Position numbers and translations under genes: made by a program. Of a stretch of DNA of 64,000 nt, positions 52,901 to 60,427 are shown piece after piece. This DNA is from Candidatus Poribacteria bacterium. GTDB lineage: Bacteria; Poribacteria; WGA-4E; UBA9662. The stretch's first letter is position 1. Every line of letters begins with the position of its first letter. Under the pieces are notes generated by a model. That model searched no databases, was not told the origin of the DNA, and worked only from the letters and a program-made list of their open reading frames with translations. The stretch is from contig JAYZAL010000016.1 in assembly GCA_036339735.1 (NCBI GenBank), positions 23,499 to 87,498 on the forward strand. The letters run 5' to 3'.

Positions 52901-53451
52901 GTATTATCGGAATATACAGAATTATCGTCAGCAACGTACCCTTTTGTGGTTTTTAGTGCGTGATCTGCTACAGTGATAGTCGTATTAGAAAAGGTAATAG
53001 TGCCAATTCTCTGGTTACTCGGGCCAAATTCCCCTGATATTTTTAAGGCTGTTCCGACCTGTCCGTTGACAGCGTCCTGTACTGGTCCTGTCAATAAAAA
53101 GTCACGTTTTTTTTCGCCGATCTCAACCGTATAGCTACCAGATACCAAGGTGGCGTCCACAGGTACTGTGAAAGTCACTTTATATTCACCATCAAGGTTA
53201 GTTTTGACTTTATCTCCCTCAATTACCCCCTTAATGGCGGTCAAAGCATGGCCTGCAGTAGTAACATCAACTGTCCCAAATGTAATACTACCAACAACCG
53301 TTTCAGATTTGTCGTTACCAAGATTATCCGAAATTGTGACCGTAATGCCTGGGTGACCAGTACTCGGTGTAACCACAAAGACCGCAAATGCCCTTTCTAA
53401 GGATAAAAATAGGCATAACGCAATTAAAATAGAGTAGCGGAGTTGCTTCAT
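40906..53451 (-). CDS. Giant (4181 aa) secreted repetitive Ig/IPT-TIG surface protein with Ca-binding-like loops and a C-terminal FlgD-Ig/T9SS-like domain
   Basis: Signal peptide MKQLRYSILIALCLFLSLERAFA; about 30 repeats (counted by eye) of G..I.(L/V).G.G(F/Y)...G.F...F.VP; EDxNxNGxLD loops; C-terminus NYPNPFNPETWIPY...IYWDG.N..GE..GSGIYFY...KKMTIVK. Confidence 0.85.
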   Translation of the reverse strand: MKQLRYSILIALCLFLSLERAFAVFVVTPSTGHPGITVTISDNLGNDKSETVVGSITFGTVDVTTAGHALTAIKGVIEGDKVKTNLDGEYKVTFTVPVDATLVSGSYTVEIGEKKRDFLLTGPVQDAVNGQVGTALKISGEFGPSNQRIGTITFSNTTITVADHALKTTKGYVADDNSVYSDNTGEYEISFEIPDHVNGPVVIQLGASQFGFNVLPSVTLSSQKVVKYGDTITLNGRGFKVLDTLTVTVGDQQVTLPGGTTVDAVGKFTANIQILDSRWQATHDIIVSANASGSRIELDNALVIEPSIVVTPTGGTSNDTVTVSGHNFAGVGTSDDEIVYIDFGQTRPIMEIRKADFGGQPPGSFRATFVTGDQSLGGLLEVRARGSKSTPDATASFLYSHPDSNQNLQIETPVTGYTPGSALTVVGTGYPKSADIGSINLKSAAGNFVVVTINNYIYGQDAGNSSTQVKTDADGKFKTAVTLPATIAAGQYQVLMNLEDINANGILDAGEDTNNNGQLDYHQNYQTISIIPKLTIAAGQSGKIGDTFTVSGVGFASSENVDIKLTDDNVELAAGTFPTDANGKFSSSTFTINQQTFGAKKILAIGRNSSLTAVGDQTVSVLNQISSANPTTGNNVYVGEIISLTGDGWGSEEVITVAVTKFKGAVLGNPLVVQTTTTQVNGALSVGFPVPSLGDVGTLTIEVTGETSNNQTHIRRDGATLLSWELQGSSDYPVIHMTPTEGIVGTNVNLTVNRNFAGGQLLFGGVEIATVPAGNNIADTVFAFTVPDAAVGLQSVQLQQSKVDFNVVSSITINPVSPATIKIGDVISVTGKGFPRNTRYTVAFNSIEMVAGISQDNGTFSSSFELPVVPQGGNYKIVVAADTGQTVEAAFTAQITGKITEIEPVIGTTETPITLSGNGFKAYEKVTVKFDGKVVDPSEFLANEKGEFNATFDLKSQPKGAGKIELHNDSGLQGQIDFTLISQISLTPTSAQVGKNVTVKGMGFANGEVVTLKLGTADIGNATVGATGEFSRTFSVPFLGGGPKPVRATGNSGGEAEHSFSILGRITGIYAVQNIAVVDNDKDLIPSYADQNDNDLSVGSDLTTSSPVQPADVIEVVGDGYIPNENIFIDFGATQSISISAGDTRVRDNGTFQSRFKVSILPYGLKDVVVRQASGSFDEISNAVSIQGQLTRLLINDTAISAGNRTLIGPGRITLAGRGFTPGHTLKVTLLTNIETEIINAETTDENAPAEDEATTNYNLRGNVVQSDGTFALSFSTGKLAGHPDINIRVEDAKDSQRLTTNVAIDTDEGVDIGSFEVSGRLSSLEPVSGDSTTEITIQGYGFHTGTATITSSTINAFAGQGTVDEKGDLEAIFNLGGGDDLPLGPMTFTVTTKFGAHEISDTTSQFILSQQATKRIDVSPVFGSPEDTVTITGTGFPISADIGQITFDGNPADVSATGVGKIEDNSVVTDETGVFQVRMIVPTATTGVKLISTDKVFAKTKGSFEVQKKLTIVDPPTAEGRAGSQLLVKGTGFEASEVRLLRFNGVAITYGDHQLVSAGYGQIIAGRIQADSRGSFEVKFRLPPLPSGQPITITTDAGGLTEFNVIPRITLVSPAILANGQSLRIAGDGFRPSESIEIEFGEPAQIARINADPQGVFDTYTTKVQHQTSGVKPVRVTGKTSNNITESYFRVTPKLTVEGIILPDGSFSSGIASGKIGTRIRISGQGFVPNDLLTLQMGGNTIISEGSLLSDKGGDFSLEFVVPVQVGGKKLISAQDSAGEVVSTNFTVTARILSIEGLAVTTFGFTPVDVRVGQKVKIVGDGLLSNETIQVRLGVANLLNIANLTEGFNANSDGSFESIFVVPQIPYGPKTVRLISNTSQLNTVGVRVVSQVTSISPQTGTDGTQVFLVGNGFDKNEPVSILLNGGVPIDTNASTSVQGAMNISFNIPQPSNFPSGKVKVTAQTLSTNAFIDFIYSSVNSVNGGQLSIIENSQAKVGDTVKVRGQDYPSQTNVGKLELRNVANDQGVELTTITDIGTGFVDALGNIFTDQNGVFEIGFVVPSNSTYGTAGMKTLLTTATLTEDIDGDGRLDVNEDVNGNTIIDAGEDIDNDGKLDVNEDSNGNNRLDINGRQKLEGQLEIIPKLSYSLLGNTITVRGEGFAPGQPNSKIYVGTVSIGEVVLADQNGVFIKAVELPISSAEPVFAAGKHEVKIDDGFGHSISAGELTLFGTAKVTNISPSEGTVGTKITVNAAGFVPDEVIQPKFGTTQLPSVNANARGEVNFTFEADEQPGGQITISLYGQTVGIAQSALGSFKIIGQLISVYPITGKRNDAVTITGNGYLHNTQVILDFGDVRSLTSTTVGNNGRFELPFSVPSHPRGLAEMRIRSSNQEIVDQTATFNVKGSLSVVPDNPSVGNTLAINAYAMLPGEEVKIHVRTDEIEATADTMGRVQANYILPELPNGEVSIELSSANLLKPLISQIKVTPRLKFDKASAAVGEVINVRGTGFNPTEKVLIKVGEAIPATLSNILVDDRGSFGSDGDLSFSIPGAGSNIITIRAENASGTPLVGDNLKYGGVEQLIYVTGGAPTQPTTPTQPATPTQPTTPTQPTTPEPPKQTLSVSDNSDGNTNSNDADSKDRRARVGDTLTLSGTGFGPYEPILISLGTQSFQASTLQDGRFLATFVVAQQTDGDKELKATGQASGSTSSLSFTILPPVGQPTIIVSDNSDGNTNNADEGSIDKKAKIGNVVTITGENFSPYEPINIQLGQQKISVNSLADGSFSSTFVIAEQPDGDVEISVVGQISSSSKIDTFTIEPAEGQPTLEISDNSDDNTNATDAESLDRKASIGNTLTLTGSNFGAEEEVTVTFGTQKVYPFTNAEGQFVATIVIAAQVGGTQNIKAVGSTSGKTKISAFKIRPMITTFSPSVADIGQEVVLQGNGFNASSNLRVLFGDSENSLTNLTNVVAVTRSNGTFSIGLPIPIGPYTSQPDANSRFSTFIRISDSTGLSTGTEPFVGVNMQSASLLTQPERITANAKLTIAGLAVSENGAPLANANLGFLTLRQPNGTETTVSSQINGLTIVDQIGSLQSDNSVLSDSAGRVKVSFIVPSVDGGTAEVKFTAVQELKADFEILPKLQLAVDGAKPGETITVVGSSYRSEDVISVSLDGAKIDTTPSIIKTDKRGSFEAEFIIPLELPGGSVTIVATDSGITNAEQTPTIASQLTILGILDTPVEGAQFRPGDTINVTGKGLNANETAVISIGGVIVTDQVFTTEANGSYDFSLTMPSLSAGAHKIRVSASTNVAEGGISITSTPITISPTEGSVGTKIDIQGSGYPANAPISVSIGFVEDVTFGNVSATGEVAMEYIISRPQSPGEKTLTINIGDEKFYKGFNYQLDAEGPAILKATHDGGTGVISKVGQIVIIKAIQRDDFDIAKRGTYKIGDPSVSESIDSGDLYNDGTHQDESANDAVWAIPYQVPAGVTTKVDGLPSSVPVQLTLFDALGNATTQETDIPIQIDTVAEIKKLNVSGTGKYKVGDKLTITVVGEENCSGTFQIAGVTGKEPLVQGMFANQYRSSYTFRGGDRALNAKLIIELTDSYGNVTTQNAEKTITIEEVLQLNRVSLPTRLHSGDRFSVEFFSSSEVTPSLSISDELLENPENPEEIQYNWKPITLLQYRALAPEETASSLVSGLTVVETENMSDDESDSEEVMTHYIAFARIPADLLLSSRMRLVRLMISDKTGKSQTAEIPVDFYGVSTFTLDVPVGISMIHLPLAVTAVNNERQEIKTVGDLYQVLGGAQKVNLLITYDHRQNAWSSYLGELNRNSQSDRLIEGDTGIITVLKEPTTLQLYGRSLGDNGVGTISLQKGLNHVGIPVKNHQISTVSDLFALDGFKDNATAIIVPDQGKFKVVAAKGDDGDVPIVGGQSFIVTAKRSSEVQIGGLAWSNTFQGKLNSAPSILPQNGTPLLVMNGRLTDEESQSVNEEISFTVQRLSSLSANSGYWTNQSIFNLYAKTTLDGHFSATQINFQPEGLLSVNDVLEIEIALSNRELRVKPVVYQVTREDLQNGFIKLPDLVAYQVPKYSELGYNYPNPFNPETWIPYQIATDSQVELKIYSSSGQLVRTIELGYQTAGHYVNRQRAIYWDGCNDVGEPIGSGIYFYVLRLDSESENRVFSKKMTIVK
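45617..45690. repeat. 18-bp tandem repeat x4 encoding a Pro/Thr/Gln linker (PTQPTT)
   Basis: GGCGTTGTAGGTTGAGTT repeated four times; the third copy has two substitutions. Confidence 0.9.
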
Positions 53452-53595
53452 ACAGTTTCGTCCTTCTTTAGTGATCGTCGATCGACTGAAAACACAGACA
53501 ATATGGCGGGAGAACAAGCAGATAAAACCTCAGTTACTTAAGGTCGAAATATTTAGCCGAAAGTTGAGATAAAATTTAAAAATCACCCGATTTCG

Positions 53596-53624
53596 ATTAT
53601 AGCATAGTTGGCCGATCCAAACAA
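53596..53624 (-). promoter_or_regulatory. Possible sigma70 promoter of the giant surface protein gene
   Basis: TTGTTT-N17-TATAAT with TGn extended -10. Confidence 0.45.
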
Positions 53625-53680
53625 TAGTGATACAAATAGTTATAACATTGAATTTTATAAATCCGGATAAGGAAAAGCCG

Positions 53681-55246
53681 CTAGTGTTTAAAGTGGCGAA
53701 ATCCAGTAAAAGCCATTGCTATTTTGTATTGATCAGCCATTTTGATTACCGATTCATCATTGACAGAACCACCAGGTTGAATAATAGCAATGACACCTGC
53801 CTGACCCGCAGCCTCAACACCGTCAGAAAAAGGAAAGTATGCATCAGAAGCCAAAACAGAACCCGAAACCCGTTCACCAGCCTTCCTAATTGCGATGAGA
53901 GTAGAGTCTACACGACTCATTTGACCAGCTCCAATACCAATACTTTGTGTGCCCTTTGCTAGCAAGATTGCATTGGATTTCACGTGTTTACAGGCCTTCC
54001 AGGCAAACAATAAGGACTGAATTTCGGATTCGCTGGGTTTTCTTCGAGTGACAAATTGCAAATCCTCTATCGTTATTTGTTTTGTGTCTCGATCTTGAAC
54101 CAATAAGCCACCGACCATGTGACGCAATTGCATAATTTTTGTGTTGGTGGATAGATCACCAGTTGCCAGAATACGTCGATTTTTAACACGAGCCAAAGCC
54201 TTTAGAGCTTTGGGGGTATAGCTGGGAGCAATTATTGCCTCAATTTTAATCCCTGATTTTGCTTCTGCGCGTAATATGTTAGCAGTTGAAAGATCAACAG
54301 GTCTATTGAAGCCCACAATACTGCCAAAGGCGGAAGTCCGATCGCAGTCTAATGCATTCAAAAATGCTTGTCCTAAATTTTCACTGGTGGCTAAACCACA
54401 AGGATTATTGTGCTTTATCAAAGTGCAAGCTGGTTCAGAGAAATCTTTGACAATTTCGATGGCGGATTCCAAGTCTAATAAATTGTTATAGGAAACTGGC
54501 TGTCCACTAAGCTGATTAGCCCAAGCAGCGCAAGACTCATTCTTTTTTATCTCTCGATAAAAAGCTGCAAGTTGATGAGGATTTTCTCCATACCTTAAAT
54601 GATGAACTTTTTCGTATGATAAATCGAGCCTAGACGGAAATTCTTCATCTACCTCATTTAGACCTAAAAAATAACTGGAAATGGAATGATCGTAATTCGC
54701 AGTATGCATAAATGCAGATTTAGCTAATTCAAAACGAGTTGTTTCGGACACAGCTCCACTATTCTCAGCCAACTCACTTAAAAATTCTGAGTATTGGTCG
54801 ATAGAAGTTAAAACCGCAACATCTCGGTAATTCTTGGCTGCAGCCCGAATCATTGTTGGTCCCCCGACATCAATGTTTTCAATGGCTTGTCTCAGGCTTA
54901 CATCTGGCTGAGCCACGGTATCTTCAAACGGGTATAAGTTACAGACGACAAGATCAATCATTTGAATACCATTTTGATCAGTTTGCTCCTTGTGGTCTGG
55001 ATTATCTCGAATTGCCAATATACCACCATGAATATTGGGGTGAAGAGTTTTCACTCTTCCATCTAACATTTCCGGAAAGCCCGTAAAATCTGAGACATCT
55101 CGGATATTTACGCCTGAATTTCTTAGAAGTTTAGCTGTCCCTCCAGTGGAAATAATGTCAACACCGAAGCCAACCAATTCCTTAGCAAGGTCGGTTAACC
55201 CAGTTTTATTAGAAACACTAATCAGCGCTCGGTTAATTTTTTTCAT
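53681..55246 (-). CDS. purH: Bifunctional AICAR transformylase / IMP cyclohydrolase
   Basis: ALISVS.KTG, GRVKTLHP, IDVGGPTM, LRYGENPHQ, KHNNPCG, GAGQMSRVDS, IQPGGS, RHFKH. Confidence 0.97.
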   Translation of the reverse strand: MKKINRALISVSNKTGLTDLAKELVGFGVDIISTGGTAKLLRNSGVNIRDVSDFTGFPEMLDGRVKTLHPNIHGGILAIRDNPDHKEQTDQNGIQMIDLVVCNLYPFEDTVAQPDVSLRQAIENIDVGGPTMIRAAAKNYRDVAVLTSIDQYSEFLSELAENSGAVSETTRFELAKSAFMHTANYDHSISSYFLGLNEVDEEFPSRLDLSYEKVHHLRYGENPHQLAAFYREIKKNESCAAWANQLSGQPVSYNNLLDLESAIEIVKDFSEPACTLIKHNNPCGLATSENLGQAFLNALDCDRTSAFGSIVGFNRPVDLSTANILRAEAKSGIKIEAIIAPSYTPKALKALARVKNRRILATGDLSTNTKIMQLRHMVGGLLVQDRDTKQITIEDLQFVTRRKPSESEIQSLLFAWKACKHVKSNAILLAKGTQSIGIGAGQMSRVDSTLIAIRKAGERVSGSVLASDAYFPFSDGVEAAGQAGVIAIIQPGGSVNDESVIKMADQYKIAMAFTGFRHFKH

Positions 55247-55264
55247 AAGATATTATTGAGTTAT

Positions 55265-56143
55265 TTATGTCAAAGGGCTAGATGAAGTGTTTAGCATAAC
55301 ATCAGCTATGGCTAGTGCCATCAATATCAAGCTCACAGCCCCATTGAGGGTAAAAAAAGCTAGATTTACTCGGGATAGATCATTAGGCTTCACAATCGAA
55401 TGTTCATAAACTAAGATAACGGCGACAGCCCCCACACCAATCATATAAATCCAACCTAGTTGTGAAATTTCCGCAATAACGATTAGTATACATACTGTTA
55501 CTACATGCAGAAGATTTGAAATCCAAAGAGCTGCACGCACACCAAATTTAACAGGAATTGAATGTAGACCAAAGGACTTATCAAAATCAAAATCTTGGCA
55601 TGCGTAAATTATGTCGAAACCCGCAGTCCATAACATAACCGAAAGTCCCAAGAGCATTGGCAGAAGGTTGAATCTGCCTTGAATAGCGATCCAAGCACCA
55701 ATTGGTGCAATTGACAAAGATAGACCTAGCCAGAGGTGTGCCAGTGAAGTGAAGCGTTTGGTATAAGAGTAAAGCATAATAATTATTAATGCAATAGGTG
55801 AAAGCTTGAAAGCTAACGGATTCAACTGATGTGCTGATACGACTAGTAAGCAGGCGGACAATACTATGAATATTAAGACATCATCTTTTTTTAATAGACC
55901 GGATGGAATCGCTCGTGTTTGTGTCCGCGGGTTACGGTTATCAATTTCTGCATCGGCTAAACGATTAAATGCCATTGCGCAACTTCGTGCTCCAACCATA
56001 GCCAACACGATCCAAAACAGATCAGACCTACTAGGCAGACCTTCGGATGCAAGGAATGCACTCATTATAGCAAAAGGTAAAGCAAAAATCGTATGTTCAA
56101 ATTTGATCATTTCCAAAATTATTTTCAGTTGTCGAAAAAACAA
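55265..56143 (-). CDS. UbiA-family prenyltransferase (MqnP type, futalosine pathway)
   Basis: IKFEHTIFALPFA, ARSCAMAFNRLAD..ID..NPRT..RAIP, YSYTKRFT, GFDIIYACQD, AFFTLNG. Confidence 0.88.
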   Translation of the reverse strand: MFFRQLKIILEMIKFEHTIFALPFAIMSAFLASEGLPSRSDLFWIVLAMVGARSCAMAFNRLADAEIDNRNPRTQTRAIPSGLLKKDDVLIFIVLSACLLVVSAHQLNPLAFKLSPIALIIIMLYSYTKRFTSLAHLWLGLSLSIAPIGAWIAIQGRFNLLPMLLGLSVMLWTAGFDIIYACQDFDFDKSFGLHSIPVKFGVRAALWISNLLHVVTVCILIVIAEISQLGWIYMIGVGAVAVILVYEHSIVKPNDLSRVNLAFFTLNGAVSLILMALAIADVMLNTSSSPLT

Positions 56144-56162
56144 ATTACTATCTCCCTTCGAA

Positions 56163-56831
56163 TTAGACTGTTAATTTGTATACAGCACGGTGAATTGGGC
56201 GACCTTGATTTCGATATTTAATTTCGAAGCTGGTTTGAATATAATTTGGGTCTTCAGACATTTCGGGTTGATAGAGGAGTTGTGGCCAGTCAGCTAAACG
56301 CTGTTCTATCAACGTGAAGTATTCGGCAAAATCAGTAGAAAAAAATAGGCAACCTAGACCAGGCTGGAGGGTTCTGATGATTTCTGGAATCCATATCGGG
56401 TCATTGAAAATCCGGCGTTTCTGGTGTTTATCTTTCGGCCAAGGATCCGGAAAATAAACATGGTATGCTTCCACACTGTGGTCAGCGACATAATGGTGAA
56501 CAAAATATGGGGCATCCACATAGCTGATACATGCATGAGTTTGGCCATGTTTCTTGAGTCGTTCTTTTGTGCGAAGTACATACTTCCACGAGTTTTCTAT
56601 CCCTATGAAATTGGTATCTGGGTTACGCTTACAGGATTCGGTTAAAAATCGGCCTTTCCCACAACCAACTTCAATTTGCACTGGATTACAATTACCAAAA
56701 AGGTTGGTCCAGTCTATATGAGAACTGAACTGACGCAGATCAAACTCGGTTTCGTCGCTCAATCGAATTAGACGAATTTGAGCCAACTGGGTCCAGTAAA
56801 AATCTGGTGATTTCTTCATTTGTCTTACCAT
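56163..56831 (-). CDS. trmB: tRNA (guanine-N7)-methyltransferase
   Basis: IEVGCGKG, NFIGIE, FPDPWPK.KH.KRR, TD, TSFE.KY..QG. Confidence 0.92.
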   Translation of the reverse strand: MVRQMKKSPDFYWTQLAQIRLIRLSDETEFDLRQFSSHIDWTNLFGNCNPVQIEVGCGKGRFLTESCKRNPDTNFIGIENSWKYVLRTKERLKKHGQTHACISYVDAPYFVHHYVADHSVEAYHVYFPDPWPKDKHQKRRIFNDPIWIPEIIRTLQPGLGCLFFSTDFAEYFTLIEQRLADWPQLLYQPEMSEDPNYIQTSFEIKYRNQGRPIHRAVYKLTV

Positions 56832-56901
56832 CTTACATTTCGGGTAAATACCCTATTGTTAACTGAGAGAATATGTTCGTGAAATTTAATTCAGTTTGGA
56901 T

Positions 56902-57543
56902 TTAGTCCGGAAATAAATTCAGCTGTGATTTGACGGATACCTCTTTTAACTTAAGTTTTGCTCCAGCAATATCCTGAACTAGTAACTGTCGTCCTTGGTA
57001 AAAATCTTTCCCCAAACCGGGCATTCTGAGTACATAAGCAGGGTTATATGTCGCCGAGACAAAAGGTGCATATCCATTATCCAAAAACCAAACACCTCGC
57101 TCTTTGGCTAATCGAAAGCTTGGCCGAATTATAAATTTAGCCGCAGGTGTACCCATGCACAGTATCACCGTAGGTGCGATTAATGATACTTCTTGGCTCA
57201 ACCAACGGTTACAAGATCTAATTTCGCTTGATTTCGGCGGTCGATTATTAGATTGGCCATCCTTCCAGGCAAATGCACGACACTTTAGTAAATTAGTTAA
57301 CCAAACTTGCTCGCGGCTAAGTTGGTTTTCTGCCAGCACATCATCAAGAAGAACACCCGCAGGACCAGTGAATGGTTGTCCTGTCTGTTCATCTCTGGCA
57401 GATGGACCTTCAGCTACTATCATAAGCTTAGATGCTGGGTTGCCACTACCGAAAACAGTCCTTTGTCGGGTTTCAGCCAAGTGGCAGTCTTGGCAAAACT
57501 GCACTTGATGTCGAATAGATTCAACTTTTTCTACTGAGTCCAC
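56902..57543 (-). CDS. Uracil-DNA glycosylase, family 4-like (4Fe-4S), with atypical motifs
   Basis: CQDC, AEGP, GQPFTGPAG, TN..KCR, NRPP...EI..C, NPAYVLR. Confidence 0.85.
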   Translation of the reverse strand: MDSVEKVESIRHQVQFCQDCHLAETRQRTVFGSGNPASKLMIVAEGPSARDEQTGQPFTGPAGVLLDDVLAENQLSREQVWLTNLLKCRAFAWKDGQSNNRPPKSSEIRSCNRWLSQEVSLIAPTVILCMGTPAAKFIIRPSFRLAKERGVWFLDNGYAPFVSATYNPAYVLRMPGLGKDFYQGRQLLVQDIAGAKLKLKEVSVKSQLNLFPD

Positions 57544-57552
57544 TTAACTTAG

Positions 57553-58740
57553 TTATTCTTGGAATTGTCTAAGTTTTTCAGCTCCAACAGTAGCATCAAT
57601 TAACGCTCGAATAGGGTCATCGTTAGTAGCTAGAACTACACCCATACGACGTTTTCCTATAATCGTGGGTTTGCCAAATAGTCGAACCTCACAACCTGCT
57701 TGTACAATTTCAGCAATATCATAAGCAAACGGATTCTCATTTTCTGAAGACAGGACCAAAGCGGCTGAGGCTCCGGGTATCAAGACTTGTGTGCCAGTAA
57801 TTGGCAAGCCTAAGATGGCTTTGGCGTGTAAAGCAAATTCGGACTGTTCTTGGCTAACGAGCGTGACCAATCCTGTATCATGCGGGCGTGGAGAGATTTC
57901 ACTGAAGTAAACAGTGTCGCTACGAACAAAGAATTCTACTCCAAAAATCCCGTATCCAACACCGTCATCTGGTACACTTGTCAATTCCGTAACAATGGCC
58001 TCTGCCATCTTTTGGCACTCAGCCAACACGGTTTCGTTACAATCTGCAGGTTGCCAACTGTAGCGGTAATCACCGTCAATTTGTAAGTGGCGAATAGGAG
58101 AACAGAAAGATATACCATCACGATGTCGAATAGTTAACAAGGTCAACTCATAGTCGAATTCAATAAATTCTTCGATTATGACTTTACAGTCAGTTACTCG
58201 TCCACCTTCCTGTGAATGACTCCAGGCTGTTTGAATATCTTGATTTTCCCGAATTACTGACTGCCCTTTTCCTGAAGAACTCATGATCGGTTTAACTACA
58301 CAAGGGTAACCAATGGCTGCGACAGCTGACTCTAGCTCTGATAGAGAATGCGCAAATTGGTAGTCGGACACTCTCAAATTCAGGTCAGCCGCCTGCTCAC
58401 GAATACCTTCACGATTCATGGTTAGACTAATAGCTTTGTAGCTAGGTACTAAATTCTGCTTGTAATCAGCCAAAACACTTGTATTAATAGCCTCAATTTC
58501 AGGTACAATCAGGTCAGGCTTCTCTGTGTCTAGACAATGACGAATTTTGTCCCCATCTAACATGTCAAACACATAACTCCGGTGAGCAACTTGCATGGCT
58601 GGAGCGCCTTCATATCGGTCACAGACAATAGTTTCAACCCCCAGTCTTTGCAATTCGATGATAACTTCTTTGCCTAACTCACCGCCGCCAAGCATTAGGA
58701 CTTTTGTCGCATTTGATGCCAAAGGGGTGCCGATTTTCAT
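57553..58740 (-). CDS. purT: Formate-dependent phosphoribosylglycinamide formyltransferase
   Basis: IGTPL, LGGGELGKEV, APAMQVAH, PEIEAI, KPIMSSSGKGQS, SPRPHDTG, RLFGKP, RRMGV. Confidence 0.96.
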   Translation of the reverse strand: MKIGTPLASNATKVLMLGGGELGKEVIIELQRLGVETIVCDRYEGAPAMQVAHRSYVFDMLDGDKIRHCLDTEKPDLIVPEIEAINTSVLADYKQNLVPSYKAISLTMNREGIREQAADLNLRVSDYQFAHSLSELESAVAAIGYPCVVKPIMSSSGKGQSVIRENQDIQTAWSHSQEGGRVTDCKVIIEEFIEFDYELTLLTIRHRDGISFCSPIRHLQIDGDYRYSWQPADCNETVLAECQKMAEAIVTELTSVPDDGVGYGIFGVEFFVRSDTVYFSEISPRPHDTGLVTLVSQEQSEFALHAKAILGLPITGTQVLIPGASAALVLSSENENPFAYDIAEIVQAGCEVRLFGKPTIIGKRRMGVVLATNDDPIRALIDATVGAEKLRQFQE

Positions 58741-59036
58741 AATCTTTGACTCCTAACTTTTAGGTACTGATTTGGTTTCTGATTGAGCTAATCAACTACC
58801 GCTTATCTGCACGGAATTATGCCATTCACTGCTCACAACTGCAAGCTAGAAAATCCAAGTTGGGATTAGCAGCACTAATTATTGAATAAAGCTAGTTCTA
58901 TAAAGGGGTTGATCTAAGAAATCAAGCATTATAAAATAGGCCAGTACAGGTATTAATTCTTCTAGTAGATTGCAAGAAGGGCAACTTTGGAATTGTTCGG
59001 CTTAGCATCTAAATATCAAATTATAAAAGGGTGTTC

Positions 59037-60413
59037 ATGACTCAGAAATTTAATATTCGTCCCAAACGTCGACCTAACGTGATTTGGGTTTTTGGTGATC
59101 AGCACAGAGCTCAAGCCGTAAGTTATCGAGGCGATCCCAATGTTTACACCCCTAACATTGATAATTTGGCTCGAAGTGGAATACGATTCGATAATGCTGT
59201 GTCTGGAGCACCTTGGTGTACCCCGTTTCGGGGGGCATTGTTAACCGGTACTTATCCACACCAAAATGGGGCTATCCAAACACCATCACCCTTATCACCC
59301 GAAGTTCCTACGATAGCCACAGCCTTCAATAAAGCGGGATACCACACCGCATATTTTGGTAAATGGCATTTGGATGGATCTAATTCCAGAGAACACTTTG
59401 TACCAAAAGAACGAAGAGGGCAATTTCAACATTGGATGGGATATGAAAATAACAATAACCAGCATGAATGTTACGTTCATGGTTCTCAAAGTGATGGCCC
59501 AATCAGACTATCGGGATATGAGACAGACACCTTAACTGAGATGATGATTGATCATCTCAAAGGACATGTAAAATCTAAACAGAATGGCTACCAGCCTTTT
59601 TTTTCTGTTTTATCAGTTCAGCCACCCCATGATCCCTATGTGCTGCCAAATAACCCCGAATATGGAACTCGGCGAATTCACCCAGCAGAGATTCAATTTC
59701 GACCTAATGTCCCTGATTTAGATTGGGTTAAAGATCGAGCGAGTAATGACCTCGCTGGTTACTATGGTATGATTGAAAATCTCGACTATAACATTGGTCG
59801 TTTACAAAAAGCGCTAAAAGAAATATCAATTGATAGAGAAACTTATCTAGTATTTTTCTCCGATCATGGCGATATGCTTGGTTGCCACGCCCAGTGGGGA
59901 AAATCTAGTCCGTGGGAAGAATCGATCCGTATTCCTTTTATCGTCAGTAAAATCGGTGGACGGGATAATATGAAAACTGGCCACTGCCCAGCTGTTATTA
60001 ACCATGTAGATATTGCTCCCACGACATTAGGTTTATGTGGACTTTCTGTTCCTGAAAATATGGTAGGACATAATTACGCAAGCTACTGTGTACGGACAGA
60101 TGCACCAGAATACTCCGGCCCACCAGAGTCAGGTCCCGAAAGTGCCTATCTACAGCAAATACCTCGCAAAATGCATCAGCACTCGGTTAATCGCTCTTGG
60201 CGCGGCGTAGTAACTCAAGATGGATGGAAATATGTTTGTACGCCTAACAACGATTGGTTACTCTTCAACATTAAGGACGACCCTTATGAACAAGCCAATT
60301 TTGTCTACGATCGTTATTTTCAGTCAGAAAAAGAACGATGTCATGATCTCTTAAAACATTGGATTGATAGTACTGGGGACAGGTTTAGTTTGCCAGATAT
60401 ATCTTTACCTTAA
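59037..60413 (+). CDS. Cys-type sulfatase, S1 family
   Basis: RPNVIWVFGDQHR, TPNID.LA, CTPFR, GKWHL, PPHDPY, SDHGDMLG, EESIRIP. Confidence 0.92.
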   Translation: MTQKFNIRPKRRPNVIWVFGDQHRAQAVSYRGDPNVYTPNIDNLARSGIRFDNAVSGAPWCTPFRGALLTGTYPHQNGAIQTPSPLSPEVPTIATAFNKAGYHTAYFGKWHLDGSNSREHFVPKERRGQFQHWMGYENNNNQHECYVHGSQSDGPIRLSGYETDTLTEMMIDHLKGHVKSKQNGYQPFFSVLSVQPPHDPYVLPNNPEYGTRRIHPAEIQFRPNVPDLDWVKDRASNDLAGYYGMIENLDYNIGRLQKALKEISIDRETYLVFFSDHGDMLGCHAQWGKSSPWEESIRIPFIVSKIGGRDNMKTGHCPAVINHVDIAPTTLGLCGLSVPENMVGHNYASYCVRTDAPEYSGPPESGPESAYLQQIPRKMHQHSVNRSWRGVVTQDGWKYVCTPNNDWLLFNIKDDPYEQANFVYDRYFQSEKERCHDLLKHWIDSTGDRFSLPDISLP

Positions 60414-60427
60414 GCAACTAAATTAAG

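Noticed and set aside
42378-53356. Many 60-100 aa antisense or alternate-frame ORFs inside the giant gene (and similar ones in other large genes)
   Set aside because: Typical shadow ORFs with no recognisable domain features
57220-57300. UdgX-type covalent uracil-binding protein
   Set aside because: The inserted loop lacks the Arg-rich KRRIH signature and the reactive His
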